A DNA stretch of 63,815 nucleotides, the filler included, from Octopus bimaculoides (lineage: Eukaryota): NCBI RefSeq assembly GCF_001194135.2. It is 7 parts of 6 records of this genome, joined end to end, with 100 filler letters (N's around TTAATTAATTAA, not from the genome) between each part and the next. Parts side by side here need not be neighbours in the genome. Positions count along the whole stretch, not along the records: positions 11,589 to 35,821 come from NC_068988.1; positions 35,922 to 52,138 come from NC_069008.1; 5 more parts are not named here. The stretch is one strand, 5' to 3'. Shown here piece after piece: positions 24,456-38,118 of the stretch. Position numbers and translations under genes: made by a program. Every line of letters starts with the position of its first letter. The first letter of the stretch is position 1. The notes below the pieces were generated by a model. It had not been told where the DNA came from. It saw only the letters and a program-made list of their open reading frames with translations, and did not search any database.

Positions 24456-27400
24456 AAGAACGGAGGAGAAGGAGAAGGAAAAATAGAAGACATCCACAAA
24501 AATGTTTAAATAATGATAATAACGGTCTCGAGTTTTTCTTTTAAAATGTCAAAATTGAAATGTACGTCGCCATCATGATTCTTTTTTACGCCAATAACCG
24601 AGATAAGACATCTCATTATGTTTGTTGATAAATACTTCTTTGTGTATTTAATGTTGCCTATCTTTCAACAACCAAGTATATTAGTCTACTTTGATTATGC
24701 AATGCATTTGCGCTCCAACTAATGGATAGATAACTATTGTCATTATTTCTGCTATTCCAAATAATGTTCAATGACAAAGGAAATGTATACGCTCCTGTTG
24801 TCAAGTGTATTGTTGCTTAAAGGAAAATGTCTCCTACCTAGAAACCCAACAGTTGGTTTACTGATGCATATATTTCATATTTAAACTGAAAGAAAATATT
24901 AACATTAAGGCTCTACAGTCGTCTCGAATCAAACCTCAGAAAGAGATATGTTGTTAATCTCATGAGACCTGAATCTCAATATTTTCTCATTTCCCAGTAG
25001 ATTTAGCCAGATACATGATAACAAATAATGATAATCTCTTCACCAAAGCGGGAAGTACAGTATTGGCTCGATATAAATGTTGATTTGCTCCCGGAGATAG
25101 CTCGTAAAGCGAAAGGTCGTAACGCAGAACAATAATTTCCAATTGTAGCAATGAAATGTTATGCCTTCATTCTACTCGGTCACTGTGTAGTGGCGTCAGA
25201 ACCAGTGTTTCTACATGTTGCGACGTTGCCACACACACAAAATGGCTGTTTCACCGTTGTATATTCATTATAAAATAAAACTCATAAACCCAGTGTTTCG
25301 TAAAGCAGGTACCCGTAAAGTGAAGTTTTACTGTACATTTAATTTCCTTCATTTCTGTCACAACTGCCGAGTATATGAATATCTCTGATTAGATCTCGAG
25401 ATGTAAAAGTGGTTTTCTAACCCTTTACTTTAGCAGAAGGCTCCTTCTTACGGTTTACTAAGAAGAGGAAAGGCAGTAACTGAGATCTTTTTCAGCGTTT
25501 TCAAATCTGGTAGAAGAAACGTCGTGATGTTGAGACTAAAGAATAGGCATGAATACGTGTAATCGAGAGAACTTCGGTGTGACTGCAAACGACAAAACGC
25601 AACACATATCATATGGAATGAATACGTGCAACGAATAGCTATTAAAGGCAACCAAGGGCTAAGTGATGGTACAAAACCGGCGATGGATTATATCTACAAC
25701 CCACGAATGGGAGAGTTTCTTCCAACAAGCTCCACGTTGTTTCCGTCTATTTTAATCCCACCCTGAGTCTTTGGTAGTTTTGTTGTTATGTGAGAATGCA
25801 TTTGCTCAACTTGCCACTCAGTGTAATTGTGAACTTCGCAACCATACAGCTATACAATTATGCGGCTATAACTACGCTGATATTTTCAATATACACATGA
25901 CTATCAATGCTTAATCAGCGCACGTATGTAACTGAATTATTTGACAGCATACTATTAATTAGTTTGTAGTATCCTCAGTTAGTATTTCAAACCCGATATA
26001 ACGTGTTCCCGGCTTAGGCAGCTCCTGCTAACAGTATCTTGTTTCTTGCGAGGGTTACAGGTACTACGCAATTCAATTTGAGTTGAGGTTATATTTTCTT
26101 CAGATGTAAGATAACTGAGTATTAATGTTGTACGATATAGCATTGACTAGTACGTTCCACAAACAAAAACAGTCCCCCTGCCACCGCCAAAACACATGAA
26201 AAATAACTTAAATCCTCGGCTGTGGGTAAATAAATTCATTGTTTTATCGGAAAGAAAATCTAGCGAGAAAACGTAAGTGGGACTCCTAAGTCAATCTATC
26301 GTTTGACTGACTGTATTTCGGCATGTCCTGTTGCTAAACGGGTGCCAAACATATTGCTCTGCATACCTTTAGGCTATATCAACTGAACCATCCAAATATA
26401 TTCATACCTCCAGCCCAGACCTGCTCGAGAAAGGTCTCTCAGTGACTGACCAATATTGTAATTACTGTTATATCTCGGGATAGACGGAACCCAAAGACTA
26501 AACGGCTTTATACTCTGAATATTCATCATAGGATGAACAACAGATAAAACAGTTGTTACAAAATCTGATGTATACCCAACGTTAGTAGCAACATAATTGT
26601 GACCATGTTCATGAAGCCGAAATCCCGATCTTAATCGTGACTTCTGAACGTTGAGATCACATTCAAACTATTTACTCTGAGGTTACTTGTTTCCATTAAG
26701 ATAAGTGGTTTGAAAGCAGATGTGCCTTCCACAAGGTTACAACTAAAAACGTACAGACGAAACTATATATCAAATAAGTACATGTAGACCGATATAAGTT
26801 GCTAGTTTACAACTATTCGTAACGCAATTTATCCCAATAGGGACTTGAAGCAGCGTTTTTCAGATTCATTATATCATCTTCACATAAAGGTTTCATACTC
26901 TACACACACTAGCAATGCACAATATAGTTACGCCCGATAGTTGTCAGAATGTCTTGATAAATGTTTCAGTAAATAACTGCGGGATATTGCAATGCCTCTG
27001 AAATAGCATTCATTCAAGTAAGTTTTTATGAAGGAAATATTGAAATTACCCGTAAGTAATAAGATCTGCATGAAAATAATTGTACTCGTTACTTTGCCTC
27101 TTTTACTTCATATTTTGTTGTAACTGTTACAAAAATTATGACATGAAAGTGTATATGAAGCATTATATAATCATAAAACTGATTCCGATGAATATGAAAC
27201 TAAAATTGAGCATGAAGTGAATGACGTAGCAGTCATTATTTGACACACTCTGACATATTGATAAATAAATAAGTAAATATTTAGTGTTTCGTATCATAAA
27301 AGTGATTGTAGAAAACATTCACTATCTTTTAATGCAAAAACATACACAGATGGCAAGGAAATAAAATTGCCTGAATAAAGAACATTAATTGGAGGCAGAT

Positions 27401-28832
27401 AAATGAGAATTTAATACGAATATGAAATTGGAAATAAATAATTCATTCTAAACTTCATTAGGATCAATCCTATCTTTTTCACCAGCATGCTACCCACACG
27501 TGATGAAGCGCTGGTAATTATTGAAGAGACTGTGTTAAATGTGATATCCAGCGTTTCTTGACTATGCCACATATGTTTCATCGTCCGCTTCTTGTTCATA
27601 AATCAATTATAATTGCTCATTAGAGAAGGCTACGACGAGAAAACATTAATTATTCAATAAAATAAAGATTTCGAAATTCCATCCCTGTTTTCATATAAAT
27701 TTCGTTACATATTCTCAAAGTTTCAGATTCAGAGTGGAAAGTGAAACATAATTGCATCAAGCGTGAAAGTAAATGTGATTAAATTAATTAAAATGGCTTC
27801 CGCAAAGGATTGTGAAGGCATCATATTCACGGTTAGTCAGAAGATAAATTCTTTTTCAATAAAGCATGCAAATTAAATATAGTAGAGAAAGAAACACAGC
27901 GTGTTAAAGCAAAATGGCTCCGGAGACATTCTAAAATGTATCTCTTAAAAAAAGGGTAGCTAATTTATACCAAAGAAGAAATATATATGACATATAGTAC
28001 ATCACTGTGCAGTCAATTACACTATATTCTAACACGCCTTTAAAATATATTCAGCTTTCAAATTCAAGTTGATAAAGAAATGTTAATATTTTTTTATCAT
28101 AAACACAAAGTCATAATTAGCTCATTTTTATGATTAGACATAAAACTGCTGGAGTAATAAGAACAATAAAGCAGTAAAACATCGGACTAAAAAATGGTCT
28201 GCATTTATTTATGTTCTTATATGCTCCAAATTCGAATCCTACCGACATCGGTTTTATATATCATGTGAATGAGCAACTGAATCCTTGGCACCAAGCATTT
28301 CTTAAACATAGTTAAAACCAAGAGTCAATACAAAAGAAATTGTCGTAGACACGTGTTTTCCTCGGCTTGTAGAGGGAAGGTAGAATAACTGTCCTGCTGA
28401 TGACGCCTTTTGAGGTAGAAACATGTCTCCATGACTGTCCTCTTGTCTTCTGTCAATGAAACTGTCCTTTTCATTAATGAACAGTCAACTTTGGAGAATT
28501 CTTAATTCTTGAGATTATCTCCCCTTCACCAATGGATCTAATCTTAAATGCCATTTGGTTATTTTGAGACATAATCTTGAGGCGGATATAATTTCAGGAA
28601 ACCAAGGATTTTTGTTGTATGGCATTTGATATACCTGCATTTGTCTATCTTGTTCAAATACACGCATCTGGCCAATCTCAGTTATTTCCCTTAGCTCACT
28701 TTTGTTCATAAATATAGGTGTATATGTGCGTTTGCATGGTGTGTGTGTGTGAGAGAGGAAGAGAGAGTGTGTGTGTGTGTGTGCGTGCATGCGAGAGTGC
28801 GTGTGCGTGTGTGTATGTATGTGTGTGTATAT

Positions 28833-28868
<36 letters not shown>

Positions 28869-29455
28869 CTGTGGATTGTTCTCCATCAATTTTGCTGATG
28901 AGGACTTCATTGCTCGATTGATTAATTACCTGCTAATTAAATTAACATATATTTAGTCGAACAGTTCAAAAAGCATAATCAGCGTAACAGTCTGTACCTT
29001 CTGAATTGCAGGTGTTATCTACCCGACTGGCTCCCAACAGTTCCTGTCCATCCAATTTCACTCAAAAGCTAAGAGTTGTCTCATATAGCAGAAAAAAAAA
29101 CTTACGGCCAAGATGTCACACAGAGAGACTGAACCCGGAACTTTGTATTTTCGAAGCGAACATTTTAACTATTCGGCTACTCGACCATACTTGTACCTAA
29201 GATATTACTCTCCACGCCTTTCAACCACCCCGAAATGGGATTCTGTCATTTGAGCAACCCAAGATCTCCATATATCCTGGAATAACCAGGATAAATCCGT
29301 GAATAACAAATCGTGGAGTAAAACTTTGAGTAGACGGACAGCTTTCCATATTGTATACCCATGTATATGTGCACGTGTGTTCCGAATTAATGGATTTCAG
29401 AGTGCCAAAATTCCAGAGATCTTGACTCCCATTCTAATTTTATTTACTTGCTTAG

Positions 29456-29521
29456 GATTTAGTTAAAGAAGAAAAGGCAGCATCCAAGAGCCTTTCCAGA
29501 GCCTTTAAGACTGAGCTGTGA
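29456..29521 (+). CDS. Candidate terminal coding exon DLVKEEKAASKSLSRAFKTEL*
   Basis: Branch-like CTAAT (29434-38), pyrimidine-rich tract, TTAG acceptor at 29452-55, then 21 open codons and a stop. No upstream exon identified. Confidence 0.3.
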   Translation, partial: DLVKEEKAASKSLSRAFKTEL

Positions 29522-30797
29522 AAAGGATTAAATTATTCTCCGGCGAAGACTTGGCTTGGATGCTTGAAAAACTGGAATCCTTTCAAAACATGCCAGTATC
29601 AGGAAGTGATGTCAAACTGAGCGACCTCTCAAGAACCTGTTCTGTTTCCGAACAAACTTTGCCATTGTTTCCGTCCGTCAGTCAAATTTCATTCATGAAC
29701 CTTTGGTCGATGCAAGATTACTGTAGAAGACATGTAGTGGTATCGAACTGCAAACCACACTATTGCAAGTTAAACTATTTAACCCCTCTGCTATTTCTGC
29801 GCATTGCATTCAAATTTATCCCATAAATACAGTACTTTGTCACTTTATATGTAAACCATATGAAATACCACCCGATTGGCCTGTCCTGAATCAAAACGAA
29901 ATTACTGTACTGTGATAAGATCTCAAAATTTTAGATATATATCTGACAATATATCTACTTGCTCACGCCACTTCTGCACTTCTCCATATTACAACATATA
30001 CATATAACTATGTGCACGTGTGTCTAAGCATGCGATTGTAGCTGTACGAATTTGTGTGTCTATATGTATATGCATGCATGCACATATGTACGTACGTATG
30101 TATGTACGTACGTATGTATGTATGTATGTATGTATGTATGTATGTATGTATGTATGTATGCATATATGCAAATAAGTATCTATGTTTGATTACTACTTTC
30201 AGCATACGTGTCGAGATCATTTAACAAATATTCAAACCGAGCACCAGATTACACGGATGTTAATGAATCATGCTATAGATATCGATGCAATAAGCGAGGC
30301 TGCCAAAAGCATCTCTCCTCATTATACCTCCCTCTTTCATTCCTTTGTTTCTCCCTCCTCTCTCTCGTTCTCGCACTCACTCACATATACACTCTCTCTC
30401 TCTTCTTGCTCTCAATTCTCTCCCCTTTCTTTCTCTCTCATTTCTCGTTTCCTCTTTCTCTTTCTCTTTCTCTTTCCCTTTATCCACAACAAGTCTAAAC
30501 ATGATGGGCTTTACATGTTAATCATTAAAGCGTATACAAACGATTCCTCCGCTCCCACGAACTCATACCACCACACTGCCATATTCTCTACTTGACCAGC
30601 AACTAGAAAATTGATGTCGTTATTCTCCGTTGCAATTAAAAGTTCGGGAAACAGATTTTAACAAAAGAATGGATCTATATATTGAAGTTGTTTCTCTGAC
30701 AATGAAATATCTGAACAAACTCTCTCTTTCTCTCTTCCTTTCTCTGTTTCTCATTTTCTCTCTCTTTCCCCACATACTTTCTCCCTTTCTCTCTCTC

Positions 30798-30868
<71 letters not shown>

Positions 30869-32200
30869 NNNNNNNNNNNNNNNNNNNNNNNNNNNNNNNN
30901 NNNNNNNNNNNNNNNNNNNNNNNNNNNNNNNNNNNNNNNNNNNNNNNNNNNNNNNNNNNNNNNNNNNNNNNNNNNNNNNNNNNNNNNNNNNNNNNNNNNN
31001 NNNNNNNNNNNNNNNNNNNNNNNNNNNNNNNNNNNNNNNNNNNNNNNNNNNNNNNNNNNNNNNNNNNNNNNNNNNNNNNNNNNNNNNNNNNNNNNNNNNN
31101 NNNNNNNNNNNNNNNNNNNNNNNNNNNNNNNNNNNNNNNNNNNNNNNNNNNNNNNNNNNNNNNNNNNNNNNNNNNNNNNNNNNNNNNNNNNNNNNNNNNN
31201 NNNNNNNNNNNNNNNNNNNNNNNNNNNNNNNNNNNNNNNNNNNNNNNNNNNNNNNNNNNNNNNNNNNNNNNNNNNNNNNNNNNNNNNNNNNNNNNNNNNN
31301 NNNNNNNNNNNNNNNNNNNNNNNNNNNNNNNNNNNNNNNNNNNNNNNNNNNNNNNNNNNNNNNNNNNNNNNNNNNNNNNNNNNNTATATATATATATATA
31401 TATATATCACGCATTTTCTTTCATTCATTCCTCTTGTGTTCGCTTCTCCCTGTCTTTATTTATTTACCCCTTTCTCTTATTACTCTCTTTCTATCCGTCT
31501 TTTTGACTATATTTCCGTATATACCACTGTGGATACAATGGAACTTAACGATCTCCGTAGAGCTTTATCGTTATGTATTCAGAGATAATTAGCAACTGAC
31601 AAGCTGAGAGACAAGACAGTTGCTACTATCTGAGTATACATACAAACAGACAGACACACGCACGCACGCACGCACTCAGACACACACACACACGCAATCA
31701 CACACATGCACAGTCATACACATGCAAACACTTCTGCATATTTACACGCATGTATGCCTGTATATGAATATGTAAACATTACTAATTGCACGTTACCAAT
31801 TAAATGTACGTATAAGAGATATTTACACAGTATTTCAGATCTTAATCTAAACAAAACAGATATATTTTTCAGAGCTGACGCTCATTCTTTTCTTGTTCTG
31901 TGTAATACGTCTCTTTCTTAATTCCAATGTCTTGATAATTTAGAAGAAATACTTGTTTTGTTGAATCAAAATATTTCCTAATCCGTATACATGAGGATTA
32001 TCCGGTAACTATTATTGGTTTGAATACATACAGTAGCACAAATTCACCTTACATGATTAAATGGAGAACGAAACTTCACAGTGAATCTAACAGAGATCCA
32101 ATTCATCTTTATACCACCTGGAGGCAAAGAGTGATGAAAATCCAAAATACATAAGACTGAAATATTGACAGAAATTAAGTTCTATTTTTCTCAAATTGAT

Positions 32201-32598
32201 GGGAAGACAAAATTCATAGTGTACGTAGCGATAAGTGAGGATATTCTACAATCACCTTCCATATTGCAATGGGGTACTTATTCATATCAAACAGAAGTTT
32301 CAAAATATAATCTTTTGAGATCCCTGTCAGTTCCACCTGTTGTTCACTAGGACCTCAGAAGCATCAACAGTGGGTTTGAAATGTAATTTCCAACGTGGTA
32401 TCATGTTTTTAAAAGTCAATATTTCATTGTATTTCTTCAATCAATGAATTTAAAATAGCAGGATAATCTATAAATGATTCACATGCAAATCAGCATCAAC
32501 ATTTTTAACCAGGGAAAAATATTCACCTAACAGTTACATTTGAGTAAAAAAAAAAAAAGGCATTGATAAAAACTAGACAGTTGTCCTACTGGCGCACA
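32201..32598 (+). repeat. Left arm of ~400-bp diverged inverted repeat (unclassified element)
   Basis: Aligns in reverse with 33102-33432 plus 34122-34145, e.g. GAAGCATCAACAGTGGGTTTGAAATG vs CATTTCAAACCTACTGTTGATGCTTTC. Confidence 0.8.
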
Positions 32599-33101
32599 GT
32601 AACTGTGTTGTTAAATTAATAGCGCTGTGAGTATTTGGCAGCGATGCACCATCTACTCACGTCAGATTAACTCTTATTGACATCAAATGGCGTTCTATTT
32701 GAAAATATATCGTTGGCAGTTTTGTTGCGTCCCCAGGTTTCGTATTTCTTACAATACATTTTACTATTTTCTCAGCTAAAAAGCCTACTAAAAGACATGA
32801 AAGAGTAAGCTGTGTTTTTTTTTTTTTAATTGGAATGATGATTAACAATTATAGATGTATGTATGTATGGATGGATGGATGGATGGATGGATGGATGGAT
32901 GGATGGATGGATGGATGTGTACGTGCATCCGTGTGTATGTATGTAGATATTTATGTACGTACGTATGTATGTATGTAAGTATGTACGCACATACGTACGT
33001 ATGTATGCATGGATGTATGTGTGTGTGTACGTGTGTTGGTTCCACTAGAAATTATATTCAAACTTCGTGTTACTACAATAAACTCTTGTAAACCGATCTA
33101 G

Positions 33102-34145
<1,044 letters not shown>

Positions 34146-34150
34146 TGAAT

Positions 34151-34308
34151 CAGGAGTGGCTGCGTGATAAGTAGCTTGCTTACCAACCACATGGTTCCGG
34201 GTTCAGTACCACTGCGTGGCACCTTGGGCAAGTGTCTTCTACAATAGCCTCGGGTCGATCAAAGCCTTGTGAGTGGATTTGGTAGACGGAAACTGAAAGA
34301 AGCCCGTC

Positions 34309-34343
<35 letters not shown>

Positions 34344-34553
34344 TGTGTGTGTATATGTTTGTGCGTGTGTCCCCTACCATCGCTTGACAACCGATGCTGG
34401 TGTGTTTATGTCTCCGTAACTTAGCGGTTCGGCAAAAGAAAGCGATAGAATAAGTACTAGGCTTACAAAGAATAAGTCCTGGGGCCGATTTGCTCGACTA
34501 AAGGCGGTACTCCAGTACGGCCGCAGTCAAAATGGCTGAAACAAGTAAAAGAG
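34151..34553 (+). mobile_element. SINE-A, near full length
   Basis: Head, internal (TA)n/(TG)n, 3' half and AAAAGAG tail. Confidence 0.95.
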
Positions 34554-34600
34554 AGAATTAACTTCTAACTACCACGAAGACACCTTCAATATAACTATCC

Positions 34601-34771
34601 AAGGCGGAGAGCTGACAGAATCGTTAGCACGCCAGACAAAATGCTTAGCGGCATTTCGTTGGTCTTTACGTTCTGAGTTCAAATTTCACCGATGTTGCCT
34701 TCGCCTTTCATCCTTTTGGGGTCGATAAAATAATTATGCGAACTTGTTGGCCTGGTGCCAAAATTTGAAAC
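34601..34771 (+). mobile_element. SINE-B with internal deletion
   Basis: AAGGCGG.GAGCTG.CAGAATCGTTAGCACGCC...GAGTTCAAAT (B-box-like)...GGGGTCGATAAAATA...GCCAAAATTTGAAAC. Confidence 0.85.
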
Positions 34772-36017
34772 GAATCTAAGTATCCACGGGTATGAATCTA
34801 GGATATCGTAACGTGTATCCTTTCATGGTAACACCAATTACACAAACATTGTTCAACAAACAGAAAAGAATGTTTAAAGAGTCAATAAAATGTAGTTTTA
34901 CATTTACATTTCTTAATGAAGTATTTATAACTATTTCCATACTACATGCAACTATCAGTCTCAGTATGTAAATATTTATGCAACGTCTTTCCATTACACT
35001 TTATTCAATGTCGTCCTTTAAATATAAAAAGGTTATCCAAACTTGGATTGAAGAGATTTCACCTCTTTAAGATGTAAGGGAGAAATTCGTACCTACCCTC
35101 CCGTGATAATAATCTCAAACTTACAGAATAAACAAAGTGTGTTTTAACATTATCTTTAAACAAATATAGCACATATTTCATTCACGTATTACTATCTACC
35201 TAATCGTCTATGTATCTCTCTGTATATTTCTCTTTTTATACTCCACTATATTTATCTCTTAGCATACATACATACATGCATACATACATCCATAAATACG
35301 TACATATAATGGTATATTCGTTGATCTATCTATCTACCAAATGCTATTAAAGTAACGAAGTAACCAATATGAATGAAGTGAACAACACAAGAATAGTTTC
35401 ATGTAAGGCACTCTAGAGATTTTGTATTTAGTAGATTTTTGTCTATATGGGATCATTTGATTACATAGCGAATAGAGTGTTATAGGTCTGTACCAATAAT
35501 ATAGCTAGCCATGCGAGCACATCTTTGTGTGAAGTTTCATGAAAGATAATATTATCTAACAAAAGATAGCAAACGTGATCTATAATAACATTTTCTCTCT
35601 TTACTTGAATGCTTTTCTGCTGCTTTCAACTATAATGAGAATATACACAGAATACAGACTAGTACAACTTCCACCTTGGTATTCCTTTTTTTTTTTTCAT
35701 CTAGATAAAAAATCTAGTGCTTACTCAATTATTGCTCCTGTTATCAGTATCAAATATCGACATTGTTATAGGAACAATCAATCGCTGTCTGATTATGTGT
35801 GTGGATGTGTGTGCGTGTGTGNNNNNNNNNNNNNNNNNNNNNNNNNNNNNNNNNNNNNNNNNNNNTTAATTAATTAANNNNNNNNNNNNNNNNNNNNNNN
35901 NNNNNNNNNNNNNNNNNNNNNCACACACACACGATGAGCTTCTCTCTACCAAATAAACAGTGCGTGTGTTTATTACCGGCATAATGCCTCTCCCAAGGTT
36001 TAATTATATTAATTTTC

Positions 36018-36252
36018 TTATTTCTTTATTGCCCACAAGGGGCTAAACATAGAGAGGACAAACAAGGACAGACACAAAGGGATTAAGCCGATTACATCAA
36101 CCCCAGTGCGTAACTGGTACTTAATTTATCGACCCCGAAAAGATGAAAGGCAAAGTCGACCTCGGCGGAATTTGAACTCAGAACGTAGCGACAGACGAAA
36201 CACCGCTAAGCGTTCCGCCCGGCGTGCTAACCTTTCTGCCAACTCGCAGCCT
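36018..36252 (-). mobile_element. SINE-B, tail-type-2 subfamily
   Basis: Reverse complement closely matches 61311-61541, including the tail ...TTTAGCCCCTTGTGGGCAATAAAGAAATA. Confidence 0.95.
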
Positions 36253-36365
36253 TCTGTCCATATTAAGTTTCTGTATACACATTAGCAATCCGCTAAATCA
36301 TCCATAGATTTCTATGGTGACAGATTTCTATGTACTGACAGAGCATTAAGTCCGGAATCAGGCGA

Positions 36366-36436
36366 GTCGAGCGGTCTCTACTGATGAGGCTACGGAATTA
36401 GCCGAAACTGACCGATCAGTATAGGGAATTCTCGAC
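36366..36436 (+). ncRNA. Type I hammerhead ribozyme, full-size
   Basis: GTCGAG-cgg-TCTCTA CTGATGA GGCTA cggaat TAGCC GAA ACTGA ccga TCAGT A TAGGGA-att-CTCGAC. Perfect core, stem II 5 bp, stem III 5 bp, stem I 6+6 bp with an internal loop, GUA cleavage triplet (cut after 36421). Confidence 0.92.
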
Positions 36437-36666
36437 CGGTGTTTTCGGATGATTACAGTCCCTGTTAGTACACATGTATACAATTATGTGATTTTAACTA
36501 CAGCAATAGAGCGTTTTAGCTCTTATTTCTAGCAATGTAGCTGTTCTAACACGCTTAGCCACATTTAGTAACAATTATAGTTTTCCTTTTTGGTAACACA
36601 TTGCACTCGGCTGTCTATATTAATTTCGCGCGTGCGCATCTGTGTGTGTGTGTATTCTTTTATTTC

Positions 36667-37412
36667 TTTATTTGTTTCAGTCATTTGGCTGCGGCCATGC
36701 TGGAGCACCGCCTTTAGTCAAACAAATCGACCCCAGGACTTATTCTTTGTAAGCCTAGCGCTTATTCCATCGGTCATTTTTGCCGAACCGATATGTAACG
36801 GGCACATAAACACAGCATCGCTTGTCAAGCGATGGTGGGGGGACAAGCACACACAAACACACACACACACACACACACACACGACAAGCTTCTTTCAGTT
36901 TCCGTCTGCGAAATCCACTCACAAGGCTTGGGTCGGCCCGAGGCTATAGTAGAAGACACTTGCCCAAGGTGCCACGCAGTGGGACTGAACCCGGAAACAT
37001 GTGGTTGGTTNNNNNNNNNNNNNNNNNNNNNNNNCTTTATTTGTTTCAGTCATTTGGCTGCGGCCATGCTGGAGCACCGCCTTTAGTCAAACAAATCGAC
37101 CCCAGGACTTATTCTTTGTAAGCCTAGCGCTTATTCCATCGGTCATTTTTGCCGAACCGATATGTAACGGGCACATAAACACAGCATCGCTTGTCAAGCG
37201 ATGGTGGGGGGACAAGCACACACAAACACACACACACACACACACACACACGACAAGCTTCTTTCAGTTTCCGTCTGCGAAATCCACTCACAAGGCTTGG
37301 GTCGGCCCGAGGCTATAGTAGAAGACACTTGCCCAAGGTGCCACGCAGTGGGACTGAACCCGGAAACATGTGGTTGGTTAGCAAGCTTCTTACCACACAG
37401 CCACGCCTGCGC
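36667..37412 (-). mobile_element. SINE-A, represented twice across a 24-N gap (36667-37010 = 37035-37378)
   Basis: Apparently identical sequence either side of the gap; the ORF track shows identical translations. Confidence 0.9.
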
Positions 37413-38082
37413 CTGTGTGCACATGCGCGCGCGCGTGTGTGTGTGAGTGTGCGTGTGTGTATTTGTGTCTGTGATTGTCCCCCACCACCGCTCGACTGCA
37501 GGTGCTGGTGAGTTTACATCCCCGTAGCTTAGCAGTTCAGCAAAACAGACCGATAGAATGAGTACCAGCTTCAAAGAAAAAAAAAAAGGATAATAAAAAA
37601 AAAAGTACTGGCGTAGATTTCATTCAACTAAAAACTCTTCGAGACGCTGCTCCAGCATGGTCGCAATCAAATAACTGAGACGTGTAATGATAATAAAAAT
37701 AAAAATAAAAATAAAAGCGAAAAGAAAAAAACAAAAGGGGAGAAAAGAAGCACTAAACGACTCTGGAGGTGATTTGAGAAAGATACTGTTGACTGCTATT
37801 TCTAGCAGGTGGTATGAGCCACTAATTACCCTCGCACTTTAGCATCGCAGGATATTTGGTGGGCGTTGTTGGTGTTGTTTTAAATAGGGAAAAACTTCTG
37901 AACCTCAAAACGTCGTTGATGCATCTCGTCAAATATGACAATAGCCCACATAAACGCAACACAGTCACCATGCACGTCCCCTTACTCGGCCGCCTCACAA
38001 ACAACCCGCTCAATGCAACGCCCGGGAAGAGGTCAAACGCGGTGAGGTGACATGGGTGTATGTGTGGAGGAGGAATGTACGT

Positions 38083-38118
<36 letters not shown>

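Noticed and set aside
25151-25273. 40-codon ORF MKCYAFILLGHCVVASEP... resembling a signal peptide
   Set aside because: Short, with no supporting donor site or homology; expected by chance.
28886-28925. CTGATGAGGAC as a hammerhead core
   Set aside because: No downstream GAAA and no stem II or III pairing.
29518-29826. 102-aa ORF MKRIKLFSGEDLAW...
   Set aside because: No recognisable domain, TTG/GTG-type start, and it overlaps the putative 3' UTR of the better-supported exon candidate.
36667-37378. Apparent tandem duplication of a SINE-A
   Set aside because: Identical sequence on both sides of a 24-N gap is most simply unmerged overlapping contig ends.
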